DNA of 64,000 nt, taken from positions 2,905,070-2,969,069 of the forward strand of contig NC_068985.1 in assembly GCF_001194135.2 (NCBI RefSeq), in the 5' to 3' direction. Below, piece by piece: positions 51,091-63,998 of this stretch. Within the stretch, counting starts at the first letter, position 1; every line of letters starts with the position of its first letter. The notes below the pieces were generated by a model that was given only the letters and a program-made list of their open reading frames with translations, was not told where the DNA came from and searched no databases. The DNA is from Octopus bimaculoides. Its lineage: Eukaryota. Made by a program: the position numbers and the translations under genes.

Positions 51091-52605
51091 TTCGTTAAGA
51101 AACTGTGTGTGACGACAAGAAAGGACATAGAATCATACGCACATGTGCATACATTCATGCAATCATGCATTCTTATACACACTTTCACATGCATGTCAAT
51201 GTACCTCTTTCCAGTTTCTGTCTACCAAATTCACTCACAAGGAATTAATTGACCCAAAGCTATAATAGAAGACACTTTGCCAAGGTGCTGGACAGTAGGG
51301 TTGAACCCAGAACCACACAGTTGCAAAGCAAAGTTTTTAACCACAGAGCCATGTCTGCATTTTGAATGCATTATGGAACTATTGCATTCTTGAAAATTTT
51401 GCCATAACATGGAATCCCCTCCTGCGAGACCCATTTTACCATTAACTTCTATGTCATGTTACATTGAGATCAAAGGGAAATTGGGTGTTCAATTACTGAA
51501 CTCTACACAACAGCAAAATATTGAGAAACAGAATGCTTTCATAGAGCAGGGAACACACATGCATCCTTTTGTCTTCAAACTAAAGTAGTTTTTTTTTTCT
51601 TTGTAAGCCTTAATTTTGATTCTTAGTTGAGGTTCTTTTGTTCCCCTTACATTCTTTCATCAAAATCCATGTTTTCACTAGCTTAACTCCATCTGCCTAA
51701 ACCATGCCAGCTTCTACGTGTCTGTGGATCTATGAGAAAAGAGAACCAAATCTCTCTTAAATCAATTCAGTGACTGATCTAAGAGAGATCTGGTGCTTTG
51801 AAAATAGCTAATGTAGTCTTAGATACATGAAATCCGAAAATTACTAACAGGGTTAATTGGAAGCTTTAATAATGAATTCTATTTCTCATAACTTTGTTGA
51901 AAATACTGTGCATGTTGTACACATATGCTTTTAGACAACTTTCAAACTTTTTCAGGACTTTAGGGTAAAAGTTTAAAAAATTAAAAACCAAACAAAACAA
52001 CAATCTTATAATTTTTTTTTTTAAATCAACATGACTTCCACTGAACATAGTTTTCTTCTAAAGCATGTTGTTGATGGCTAATTTTATTCTTTTTTTTTTT
52101 TTTTTTTGGCAGGGTATCTCATTAAACGAAGCTGTAGCATTCCACCATACACACACACACCTTTTGTTATGCATTATGAAGTAGGAAATAATTATAATGG
52201 TTCATTAGATAATTATGCTGACCAATAAATGTTTCACAGATTCACTTTGCAAACTGCTCATAACCACGGATAACCACAGAACTCCCAGGTATATCAACAT
52301 ATTTCTTTATCCTTAGTTATGTATGTGTGTCTACATTTATAAAGTAAAAATAGAAATAGCTTAAGGAAAGCTTTTTGTTCAATGTTTTATAAAAATTTTC
52401 ACTTATTTTCATTTTAAATATAAAATGTTCATGACCTGTACATTTTAGATTCAGTTCCACCGAACTGTTTCGTAACCTTTCATAATCAATGCCATAGGGG
52501 CCTACACTTCTTGCAAACAAATAGTCATCTCATTTGATGAGTTAAAGGAAAAATAGTTTTGTTTTTTTTTAATTCTTAAGCACTGAGAAAGAGACAAAAG
52601 AGAGG

Positions 52606-52648
<43 letters not shown>

Positions 52649-52808
52649 TGAAAAAAAAAAATATTTTTCTGAACCTGGCTTCTAAACTCCTGGACCCAAA
52701 ACCCATCTATCTTTTAGACTGTTTACATCAATACTATGAAGGCATCTCTTCCATTCATTTTCTTTTTCAACAATTCTCTTTCTCACGTGTTTTGTTTCTT
52801 TTCTGCCA

Positions 52809-52840
<32 letters not shown>

Positions 52841-53177
52841 TATATATCTTCAAACTAACATTCATAATCACCTATGAAACGTCCAGCCTCAGTATAAAGC
52901 CCATACATAGCAAGACCACAAGTATTACTACCCTCAACCATCCGTCTTCACAAATTCCATTTGTACACACACACACACACACACACTTTTCTAGCTTTGC
53001 ATTGCTAAATCATTTTTCTTTTGTCCACTTGGCTTTTTTCCCCCCACAATAGCTTCTTTAGAATGAGTATAATTCGAAAGGTTATGACAACAAAACCTTG
53101 TATGCTAAAACAACAAATTAAGAAGTGTTTCCATAGTTCAATTACTGAAAGGTCAACTTTATTTTTAACCAATATCT

Positions 53178-53490
53178 TCTCTCTTTTACTTGTTTCAGTC
53201 ATTAGACTGCAGCCATGCTGGGGCACCACCTTGAAGAATTTTCAGTCAAAAGAGTCAAACTCAATACCTTCTTGCTTTTTTAAAAAAGTTTGCTTCTTAT
53301 TCTAGTGGTCTCTTTTGCTAAACCACTAACTTACAGGGCTGTAAACATACCAACACTGGCTGTCAAGCAGTGGTGGGGAACAAATACACACACAGACAAT
53401 GGGTTTCTTCCAATTTCTGTCAACCAAATCCACTGACTGGGCTTTGGTTGGCCTGAGCTTATAGAAGAAAGCATCTGCCCAAGGTGCCAT
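53178..53490 (-). mobile_element. Composite SINE (A+B), head truncated
   Basis: ttttacttgtttcagtcattagactgcagccatgctggggcacc...ctgcccaaggtgccatgca. Confidence 0.75.
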
Positions 53491-53690
53491 GCAATTGATA
53501 ATAAGATGATCACATACAAGCCATACATCTGGAAACAGAATTTTTCTAAGGATATTGTTACATTTTTACTATCAAATCTCTCATCAATCAAAAATATTAA
53601 AAAAGGCATTTTTCTGCAGTACATGATGTCATTACTATGCTAATATTGTAACACTGTTTAAGACTATTTAAAGTGGTTGCTATTAGTTCA

Positions 53691-53765
53691 ATATCTGAGC
53701 TTGGCTATTTATATCTTGGCTATTTATATCTGATAGCTTGGCTATCAATATCTGAGCTTGGCTCC
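53691..53765. repeat. Short degenerate tandem repeat (atatctgagcttggctattt-like, about 4 units)
   Basis: Seen directly. Confidence 0.7.
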
Positions 53766-54267
53766 TAGGTGTGAAGAATTGTCATGTGGCTATAGCTTTA
53801 CTTGAATAAACTTAGTACGGCATAAAAACAACATCACCAGTCAAGAATAACAAGATTCCTCTTAATTACCCAGATATGATAGAAAGTTGGCTGCAATACG
53901 TTGCTGCTACAGCATGAATAACGCGGCTTCTAGATGCTAACATTGAAAACAAATAATAGATTTATTTAATCAAAAGCATATATAATTGCAATTTGAAAAG
54001 TTTCTGTTATGGTGAATCTCAGAAAGTGGAAGAAATGAATTTAGTAGATTAAGATCAGCGATAATGTCACCAGTTGTTCCCAAAAGAAATTGATAATTGC
54101 TGAGAGTGTCAGGTTCTTATCAAAACCTCAAAATCTAACCAATCCAAATTTATTCTTAGAGTCAACTTTTTTTGGTGAATTTGAAAAACTGGAGATGAAT
54201 TATAGAAAATAATATCATTATTCAAATGTAACTTATATATATATATATATATATGTAACTTATATAT

Positions 54268-54694
54268 NNNNNNNNNNNNNNNNNNNNNNNNNNNNNNNNN
54301 NNNNNNNNNNNNNNNNNNNNNNNNNNNNNNNNNNNNNNNNNNNNNNNNNNNNNNNNNNNNNNNNNNNNNNNNNNNNNNNNNNNNNNNNNNNNNNNNNNNN
54401 NNNNNNNNNNNNNNNNNNNNNNNNNNNNNNNNNNNNNNNNNNNNNNNNNNNNNNNNNNNNNNNNNNNNNNNNNNNNNNNNNNNNNNNNNNNNNNNNNNNN
54501 NNNNNNNNNNNNNNNNNNNNNNNNNNNNNNNNNNNNNNNNNNNNNNNNNNNNNNNNNNNNNNNNNNNNNNNNNNNNNNNNNNNNNNNNNNNNNNNNNNNN
54601 NNNNNNNNNNNNNNNNNNNNNNNNNNNNNNNNNNNNNNNNNNNNNNNNNNNNNNNNNNNNNNNNNNNNNNNNNNNNNNNNNNNNNNNNNNNNNN
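54268..54694. other. Assembly gap (N)
   Basis: Run of N. Confidence 1.
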
Positions 54695-54890
54695 GTGCGG
54701 GTGACACGTAAAAGCACCCACTACACTCTCTGAGTGGTTGGCGTTAGGAAGGGCATCCAGCTGTAGAAACTCTGCCAAATCAGACTGGAGCCTGGTGTTG
54801 CCATCCGGTTTCACCAGTCCTCAGTCAAATCGTCCAACCCATGCTAGCATGGAAAGCGGACGTTAAACGATGATGATGATGATGATGATA
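54695..54890 (+). mobile_element. RTE-tail element (family D) abutting the gap
   Basis: acgtaaaagcacccactacactctctgagtggttggcgttagg...ggacgttaaacgatgatgat. Confidence 0.85.
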
Positions 54891-55595
54891 TTGTAAAATC
54901 ATATCTTCATAATGCACCCTAAGCTTTATGTTTCCAATGGATACAGTGTACAACATGAAATGATTTCTAAATTTTAGATGATTGAAAAAAAAAAAAAAAG
55001 GAAATGTGATGTAGATGATGTTACTAGAAAGGAATAACAATCTGATTCTAAATAATACATCTAAGAATATAAGCATGCACCATAAAAATCTCTTGCATTT
55101 TGTAAAATGTGAAAAAAAATCAACCACTTTATGGCAGCATGAAAATCCAAAATTATTCAACAAATATTTACAAAATGTGAATGAAAATACTACAATGATC
55201 AACGTAAAACTCAAATAACCATAACAGCTCAGAACTTCTGGATTGATTTGATAAACCAAAGTTAAAGTAAGCTAAAACAGTTTAATAGATTACTTGTTGA
55301 AATTTTGCAGGCAACAGAATGGAAACTGATAAGAGGATAGGTGTTGTGAGTGCCATTGCTTCTGTTTCTCTCTCATACACACACACACACACACGCACAC
55401 ACACACACACAGAGAGAACTTGCTTTCATATAGAAGTTGATGTATGTTTATAGCTGAAATGTAAATTAATGGGATTGAAATTCCAGGACAATTTGAGACA
55501 TTAAACTGCTTAAGGGTTAATGTTTTCTCAAAGGAAATATTAAGTCATGTTGTTTTAAGGCGAGACCATTACCAATAAACATTAAATCATTACTC

Positions 55596-57385
55596 ATAAC
55601 AAAACTGAGGGATCTAATTTATGAAGGCATTTAGAAAAAGTGCCTTTATGTGAGAGCAAATGGATCGCCTTTAGTGGATGTGCAAAAATAAAATGAAGTT
55701 CCCAGAATATGTGGAGATTATAAATTATGTGTAAATGAAAGAATTTGTTCAGATACTCATCAAACTCTAAAAACTGAATCAATGTTTCGTTCTCTTTCTA
55801 GCATGGAAAGCATTACTAAATTGGATTGGTGGGACATATCAGCAGATAGAAATGTGTTCTGAAGCAAGAGAGGTTACAATGAAAGATACACAATGATATT
55901 TTAAGACAGACACATCTTCCATATGGAATTAAAACAAGCAGCACTATGTTTCAGAAAGCAGTTGAATATAATGCTGAAAATAACATTGATAATGTTATTA
56001 TTTAGTCTACATATCAAGGTAGATAGGCCTATAAGAAAGGTTGCAATTGGTGGACATGGTGGTCATTTGAATTAAGCCTGTGATGACTGATGTAAAATAC
56101 AGACTAAGAAAAGAGGCGAGTCAATAGATCAGTGTTTCTTAGCAACAATTATAAATGTAAAACTACCAGAGGATAAGGGACACTTAGAATTTATTCTTCG
56201 GCTAGGCAATTTATATATATGCATAGATATATATATATATNNNNNNNNNNNNNNNNNNNNNNNNNNNNNNNNNNNNNNNNNNNNNNNNNNNNNNNNNNNN
56301 NNNNNNNNNNNNNNNNNNNNNNNNNNNNNNNNNNNNNNNNNNNNNNNNNNNNNNNNNNNNNNNNNNNNNNNNNNNNNNNNNNNNNNNNNNNNNNNNNNNN
56401 NNNNNNNNNNNNNNNNNNNNNNNNNNNNNNNNNNNNNNNNNNNNNNNNNNNNNNNNNNNNNNNNNNNNNNNNNNNNNNNNNNNNNNNNNNNNNNNNNATG
56501 CATCCTCATTCAAGTAAGTTATGTAGCATCCCAAATAACAAAATGCATTTGAAGTTTAAAAAATAGAAAATCTGATTATAGGAACAAAGCCAGTGATTTA
56601 AGATGTCACATAAGGGGTTACCCTAACAACTGACACAAGAAGAAAAAGCTAAATCAGATATACACAAGATGACCATCTTGCATTGTCAAGACCAATCCCT
56701 AACTACTGCTGAAACAAGATACTCAAATATCGAAGGAGAAGCTTTGGCAGTAGCACAATGTCCTGCAAGAGTACATCATTCACAGCTTTGGAAGAAATTT
56801 GAATTGGTTTCAAATTAGGGTCCACTAGAAGTCATTTTTAGCGAAAATTGTGATTTACAGAAAATAACACTTGTACAATATTTTAAGATGGGCCTTACAT
56901 ACAATAGTATTTAATAACGAAATATATCATGTAAAGCGATATGAAATACTACATGACATAATTGTAGTATGTTATTAAAGATTAGTTTGAATGACTTAAA
57001 CCATGATGATAATGATGGTGATGATGACTTTTCCATCTGCTCATGTTCTGAAAGATGTTGATGTTATAAAATGAGAAAATATAAAGTCAGAGACAGCCAA
57101 TGATAATATTTTATCATGTATATTAAAAAGGATTTCTAATAATAATTGCAGTTATTGTTCTGTTGAAAGGCCATTTTAATCATTGAAAGTAAGTTAAAAG
57201 TTTAAGATGGTATTTTGTGTAATGGAAAATTAATCATTCCACCAATCTGTTGGAACTTTAACAATAAAACTATGACAATGTACAATAGAGCTCACAAGCA
57301 ACAATGAATCTCTTGAAAATTAGAAGTATGGTCGACAAAAATATATAAAAAGATGTCCAATATGTGCTAGAACAAAACCAGACTT
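55596..57385 (+). pseudogene. Highly degenerate Ty3/Gypsy LTR retrotransposon pol relic (RT, RNase H, integrase Zn region), spanning a gap
   Basis: GSPLVDVQK*NEVPRICGDYKLCVN; KLDW..YQQIE...; HLPYGIKTSSTMFQKAVE; LTTAETRYSNIEGEALAVA (about 56700); DGILCNGKLIIPP and KYIKRCPIC (57200-57370). Domain order RT-RH-IN fits Gypsy. Confidence 0.8.
56241..56497. other. Assembly gap (N)
   Basis: Run of N. Confidence 1.
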
Positions 57386-57400
57386 ACTTCAAACAAAAAG

Positions 57401-57556
57401 CATGTGCCTTGGCCTAGTGGTCAGGGTGTTAAACTCATGATCATAAGGTGATAGGTTCAACCGCTAGACTGGACAGCACAGTGTCTTCTTGAGCAAGATT
57501 CTTTAATTCACATTCCTCTCAGCAACTCAATTAAAAATAAGTACCAACCCAGTACT
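57401..57556 (+). mobile_element. tRNA-derived SINE of another family
   Basis: A-box-like tggcctagtgg, B-box-like ggttcaaccgc, then cttgagcaaga..ttt.attcacatt. Confidence 0.6.
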
Positions 57557-58624
57557 ATCACACCCTGAATGCTAGGAACAGAGTTGGAGGACGGAAATAT
57601 TGTCTGTATTCACTCACAACTACCCAGGTATCCAAAGCAGTTAGCAACAGCAAGGTGCAAGCTACCAAGTGATGGCTATGCCTTACTTTACACCTAAACA
57701 TGACTTAAAGTAATTAAGACAAAGATAATATGCCCATAGAGACCACAGAACTGTTCTTAATACATGTCCATGAGTAGTTGGGGGCAGAAGTAATATGAAC
57801 CAACAACGACTGGCAACTGTAATAATCAGCTAACACAAAAATGGAGTCTAATGATAAGGATGAAGATGTGGCATAGCTAATACAGTTTGGCTCCTGAGTA
57901 CTTATGAGATGTCAAAGTTCTTTGCATTATGTTGCATCGATACTATCACAAAATTCAAAGATGCATTATGTTCTAAAATTCAAGTTTACTCAGTTGAGCT
58001 CTGGGATCGATGTCAGTGACTTATCCTCTCCCCCAAAATTGCTGGCCTTGTGCCAGAATGTTAGTATAGCATTGCAAATATTTTGCATATGTAAAAGTAT
58101 GTTGTTAATAAAATGTTTTTCAGTAAGAAAGGGAAAACAGAGCCATTAAAAGTATGAAAGATCAAATTATGGAGAGTAAAACCCCATAACAACTTCATCA
58201 AGGAAACAAAGAAAAAAAAACGGGGAGTGGGGAGCATTAAGCAGGACAAGATGGTGGCAGGAGTAATATGTTGTACACCCCAGAATAAATGGTGTGTTTA
58301 ACTGTGTCTCGCACACATGATTGCAAGGCTCATTTCACAGACAGGCTGCACCGATATTAGGGTGGTTACCAGCTTCATGATAGAGCTTAGTTAATCTATG
58401 GAATAAAGATTCTGAACATTAAAGAGTGCATGCAACTATAGAATTGCTTGGGTATCTGAAGTAAGTCCTTTTTTCTTTTTATTATATGATAAAAAATGAT
58501 AAGATGAAACACTCGTTCTTTATAACCTAAAAATTAAAAAAAATAAAGAAGTGCCCGACTCATTCTGATCTGTACATATTAAATGATCTTATAATAATAT
58601 ATATATGTGTGTGTCTGTGTGTGT

Positions 58625-58670
<46 letters not shown>

Positions 58671-58702
58671 GTATATATGTATATATGTGTGTGTGTGTAT
58701 AT

Positions 58703-58741
<39 letters not shown>

Positions 58742-59255
58742 CAGGTATACCTCACCCTAAGCCATTAATTGGTTCCAGGAGACATGACTTAAGTCGAATT
58801 GCTTGTCTATAGGCTAGCTCAAACTGCTAATAGCTATACAATAACCTATACAATAACCCGCAACTCCTTCATGTTTATCTGTTTCTGCAAATAATCCAGC
58901 TCCTACATTTCAATTTTGCAGTGTTAAACATACATTTGTCATGAGTTGGAAAACTAGCAGAATTTACTATTATCAATGGGGACCAGCATGCCAAAGAATA
59001 GATTCGTTTCCTTTGCATGTCAGAAAAGGTAACTCAAAGAGATTGAGGTAGGATTTACACTCCATCCTAGTAAAACTCTCACCAGCAATGACCACCCAAA
59101 CAGACCCATGGGTTGGTGGGTTGTCACCTGAGTGGTGCAAAGGAACCATATGGTTGGGAAGCAAGTTTCTCACCTCACAGCTATACCTGTATCTATTCAA
59201 TAGGAGACATCATCAGATGTCCTACCTTGACTCCAGCAGCCTTACAACTTAGATA

Positions 59256-59800
59256 CAAGGTGGTATCAAAACTGTTGTTTCTGACAAGAAACTCTCAGGT
59301 GAGGAGAGCTCAATGACAGGATCCATTGTTGTTGTAAAGAATTTAATTCTTCGCGCTCCACAGATCTGGTATCTTTCACTGAATGCCCTCCCTCAAACAC
59401 TTCAAAATGTCGCAGTAGGACTCTCAATTGGTGGCCTGGCCCTGGGGGATGAATTCTCAATGCACAATAACGCAGATGTCGAAGAATATTATGAGCATGC
59501 TCTTGATTGAGCTGTGGCTCTGTTGTGCCTTTCACAGTGCTTGTGCCACTCAAAACATTGCATACAACCCATTGCCTTATCGCTGTAAGCTTGCCGAAGC
59601 ATACTCAGTGTCTCTGTAGCAGACTTTGCAAGATTAATGTAAAATTTCACATTGGCCCTTTGTTCCAACTTCTTTATTTCTGTACTGCCCACAGGGGGCT
59701 ACACAGAGGGGACAAACAAGGACAGGCAAACAGATTAAGCCGATTGTTCCAACTTCCTGCCGATCAAAATCACAGACTACAGCATACTTGCGATCACAAA
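59256..59800 (-). mobile_element. Mariner transposase relic with a large internal deletion
   Basis: LEQRANVKFYINLAKSATETLSMLRQAYSDKAM...CFEWHK (HTH) joined to EFIPQGQ.TN..Y..IL..LRE.I..K.PDLWSAKN*ILYNNN; one TIR TA|CAAGGTGGTATCAAAA at 59256. Confidence 0.9.
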
Positions 59801-60124
59801 AACACATGTATTTGGACACTCAGTTATGGAAGTGTGTAGACAGAAAAAGCATAACAGAAGAGTCTATGCATGAGTGTGTGTGAACGGACATACATATGTT
59901 TGTGTGAGAAACAGTTTAAGTTGAAATGTTTTAAAATTTGAACAGCATACTTTCAAAACTTTCATGTAAATTTTATATATTTACTTGGTAAAGTCAACAT
60001 TAATATTCAGATCAATTTATATACATTAATAGGAACACACAGACCTATACATAGTATAGATGCACAGGTATGCACGAGGGCTAGTCTTACACATACATTA
60101 TACCATATTATACTGATATTAACA

Positions 60125-60320
60125 TCATCATCATCATTGTTTAATGTTAGTTTTCTATGCTGGCATGGGTTGGACAGTTTGACAGGTGCTAGTAAGACCA
60201 GAAGCCATGCCAGGTCTCATTGTTTTGGCATTGTTTACACAGCAGGATGCCCTTTCTAACACCAAACACTTTGCATAGTGTACTAGGTGCTTTTCCTGTA
60301 GCACCAGCACCAGTGCTTTG
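60125..60320 (-). mobile_element. RTE-tail element (family D), diverged
   Basis: catcatcattgtttaatgttagttttctatgctggcatgggttggacag...ggatgccctttctaacacc. Confidence 0.7.
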
Positions 60321-61296
60321 TGTATGTGTGTAAATGAAAATGAGCTAAAGGTTAAAGTGACAGTGGCCAATGGCACGGTTTTGAACAACATTGACAAAGA
60401 AGGGTATATCAACTAAAATATGAGATATATTCTTGATTTACTGAAATTATCTTCACTTTCAGAACAGTTAGACCAATCTTTCTGTCACAATTATTACCAA
60501 CATCAAATGAGAAAGGGAGATATTCAAAAGAATAAAGAATTTTCCAAAACTGATATGCCACTAAGGGAGAGGTTATGAATGAGCTTACATGTATGTATGT
60601 ACATATGTGTGTATGGACATCTGATTATGTATCTGTGTGTGTATGTGTGCGTTTATGTACATGTGTGTTTATACACACACATGCAATCTGGTTGACACTT
60701 GTTCCTTAACACCCACATAACTGGAGCTTTTATGAAATTTTTATATCAGTCAATGTCAGTTCAGATAGCAGAAGAGTTAGCTTCCAAAGCAGAATAGATG
60801 AATACACAAGCAAGACGGAAGTAATGTCGAAAAGAATTTTTTGAAAACTCTGTTAAATATTTATTCATGCGGTAGTTGAAAGCAACAAGAAATATTAGTT
60901 TTCTGCTATAGAATCTATGAAAGAACTCTGAGAAGCTACAGCAATGTGAACCAAGAACTACTTTCACCTAGTTATTTATGATAAATAAAATAGAGCTGAG
61001 AGTCGGTTTCAGCAAGTGTCAAAATTGTAGGTCTTGTTACGTTATAGAAATAAGTTTAAACAAACAGAACTGGGGTTGTTTTTGTTTTGTTGTTGTTGTT
61101 TTTTTTTGTTTTTTTTCTGCACACAGGATTTGACATTTAGTGATGGAGCCATGGAAAGGAGAACCACAAGATATATAAATGATAATGGGAATAGTACTAT
61201 GACAGCATTTGCAACTTCCACCTGATAGCCTGTGAGTGGTAGGGAGGTGTTAGTGGTTTACTGAGGTAGAATTACAGAAATAGAGGTGCTGATAGT

Positions 61297-61440
61297 GCAT
61301 GCATGGCTGTGTGGTAAAAAGTTTACTTCCCAACAACATGGTTCCAAGTTCAGTCCCACTGTGCAGCACCTTGGGAAAGTGTTGTCAACTGTTAGTGCTT
61401 GTGAGTGGATTTAGTAGATGGAAATTGCAAGAAGTTCATC
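61297..61440 (+). mobile_element. SINE family A
   Basis: gcatggctgtgtggtaaaaagtttacttcccaac..catggttccaagttcagtcccactgtgcagcaccttggg. Confidence 0.75.
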
Positions 61441-61494
61441 CTGCATGCATGCATGTATGTCATTATTCAGTTTATTTCAAGATTTCTTGCAAAC

Positions 61495-61745
61495 AGAAAA
61501 AGAACCAGTTTCTAACCTAGATCCAAGGTTCCTATGGGAATGAGAACCCAGGTTTCAAATTTCCCCAAGACATCTGTTGAACCCTGTTTCGAAATTTCCC
61601 CAAGACACTTGATGAAGGCTGGAGGGTATATCAGCCAAAACATGTTAACGACATACAAGATGAGGACAAATAACTGTCAAATGTAAATAATGTAAATAAT
61701 GTACATAATGTACATAATTCCTCGTCTCTCAAATATAGAACTGTA
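61495..61745 (+). mobile_element. Repeat carrying a degenerate minimal hammerhead-ribozyme core (probable Penelope pLTR fragment)
   Basis: gacac-ttgatga-aGGCTG-gagggtatat-CAGCC-aaaac-atgtt (61604-61646), with a local duplication of aatttccccaagaca and tandem aatgta(a/c)at. Confidence 0.6.
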
Positions 61746-61808
61746 CCAGCTAAACACGTTTAGGAAGTAATAAAGGCCAAGGATACAAGAAGTAGATTGC
61801 AATGTGAG

Positions 61809-61857
<49 letters not shown>

Positions 61858-62350
61858 ATGTATGCAGTCTATTGCACACTTTTTTATTCTTTTACTTTTC
61901 ATTTGATTGTGTACATGCTGGAGCACTGCCTTAAAGGTTTTTTTTTAGTTGAAGAAATCGACCCTAGGACTTATTCTTTGTGGGTCTAACATGTGTTCTA
62001 TCAGTCTCTTTTGTCAAACCACTAAGTTACAAGCATATAAACACACCAACATTGGTTGTCAAGCGATTGTAGAAAGACAAACACAGATACAAAGACACAC
62101 ACACACATAGATACATATATAAATACATATATACATACATATATAAATATATATATACATATAAATTAGTGTACGTTTTTATTCACGAATGAGGTGACCT
62201 TAACAGGACACCTTACAAGCTAGAAAGGGCAGTTAAAAACCCAAACCACAAATAAGAGTAATTTCAAAGGGAATGAAAAATAAAAACATTTCAATAGTGA
62301 CCACTGGTAGAATATTTCTCTAAATTTTCTACCCTTAATATTTACATACA

Positions 62351-62384
<34 letters not shown>

Positions 62385-62385
<1 letters not shown>

Positions 62386-62545
62386 CAGGGTTCTTTCAGT
62401 TTCCTTCTATCAAATCCACTCACAAGTCTTTGGTCGGCCCAAGGCTATAATAGAAGACACTTGGCCAAGGTGCCACACAGTGGGACTTAACACAGAACCA
62501 TGTGGTTGGGAAGCAAGCTTCTTACCACACAACCCCACCTGTTCC
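62385..62545 (-). mobile_element. SINE family A after (TG)n; family B part at 61915-62095
   Basis: gggttctttcagtttccttctatcaaatccactcacaag...ggccaaggtgccacacagtgggact. Confidence 0.8.
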
Positions 62546-63059
62546 TAAAGCAATGCCTATATATATTATATATTTCTTCAATCAGCATAAATTTGAAAGC
62601 TGAATTAACAGAGAGGAGCTATAACTAGATGAAATTTCCAAGCAGTTAAAATGCACATGTCTTCAATATCCAAGGGGATAAAAAGTGTTCAACAGAAGGG
62701 CACCTAAGAGTCATAATGTGAATGCAGCCTGGCCTCCTTCGAGTGTAAGAAGTTAAGGGGTATTTTTTCTGAGGACTTTCTCTGATACCACCACACTCCC
62801 TACAGTATAGACACTTAAGAAATAGTTACCTTAACACATAGTGAGATCTTACTATTTTGGAGAGGAAAAAAATCAAAAAGCTGAAAACCATACACATCAT
62901 ACATCAAGGTCAGATGATGTTTCATTAAGATGATGTGACATAAACGGAATGTGAAGTTGTAATTTTTCTTAAACATATTTGTTTGGGATGTTGGGTACAT
63001 TAGAATATGTACACATCTATATATACACACATGCTTGATTTTTAAAAAATTGTTTGGTT

Positions 63060-63600
63060 TTTAAGCCAACCATATCTAGCCGAAATATTCTATCTGTTTT
63101 AGGTTCAAACCACCCACATCTGGCCTCTCACACCTACCTTACAATGTCATTCTGAAAATAAACAATCACACCATTGAAATCTCAAAGCTATGAAATAATG
63201 AATGATTAATTCAAAACAATGTAAGTGTTATAGTTGACAGAGTTATCTGAATGCTAAACGATTAAACTTAGAATAGAAACAATACTTAAGAGTGTGTGTA
63301 TGTAGGCGTGTGAGTGTGTGTGTGCGTGAGTGTGTGAGCACATTAGTATGTTAAGAATCTTTTTAGATAAGGTATTTATTTCTATTTGCCTCACTCAAGA
63401 ACACACTGGCCATATCCAGCCCAAATATTCTTGCTGTTTTATGTTCAAACCAGCCTGATCTGGCCTCTCACATCTACCATACAATGTCACTCTAAAAGCA
63501 CACAAATACACCGTCAAAATCTCAAAACTCCAAGACCATGTATTCAAAACAATGTGAATACGTAAGCTTTACAAGTGACAGAGTAATCAGAATGCAAGAG
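63060..63600. mobile_element. Two piggyBac-like MITE copies (about 63060-63265 and 63405-63600)
   Basis: Both contain cccaaatattct...gttttatgttcaaacc...tctggcctctcaca...acaatgtca.tct.aaa...gagtaatc.gaatgc. Confidence 0.7.
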
Positions 63601-63619
63601 GATTTAAAATATCATCTTC

Positions 63620-63998
63620 TAACAAAGGCGCAAAGCCAGAAATTGGAGGGGGCGGGGGTGGGGGATTAGTCAGTTGTATCAACTCCAGTACGTGACTGGT
63701 ACTTTATTTTATTGAGTGTGAAAAAAAGAAAAGCAAAGCTGCCCTCATCTGGATTTTAGCACAAAATGTAAAGAGCTGGAATAAAAAATAATTTTAAGTT
63801 CTGGCACAGGGCCAGCAATTTCATGAGAGGGGTCAAGTTGATCACATCAACCTTAGTGCTCAACTGCTACTTATTCTATTGACCCCAAAAGGATTAAAAG
63901 CAAAATCATCCTCGGTAGAATTCAAATTTGGAACATAAAGTCAGATGAAATACCACTAAGGATTTTGCCTAGCATCTTAATAATTCTGCCAGCTCACT
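63620..63998 (-). mobile_element. Two tandem diverged SINE family C copies
   Basis: ggcgcaaagccagaaattggaggg... and ggcacagggccagcaatt...gaccccaaaaggattaaaagcaaaatc..cctcggtagaatt. Confidence 0.65.
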
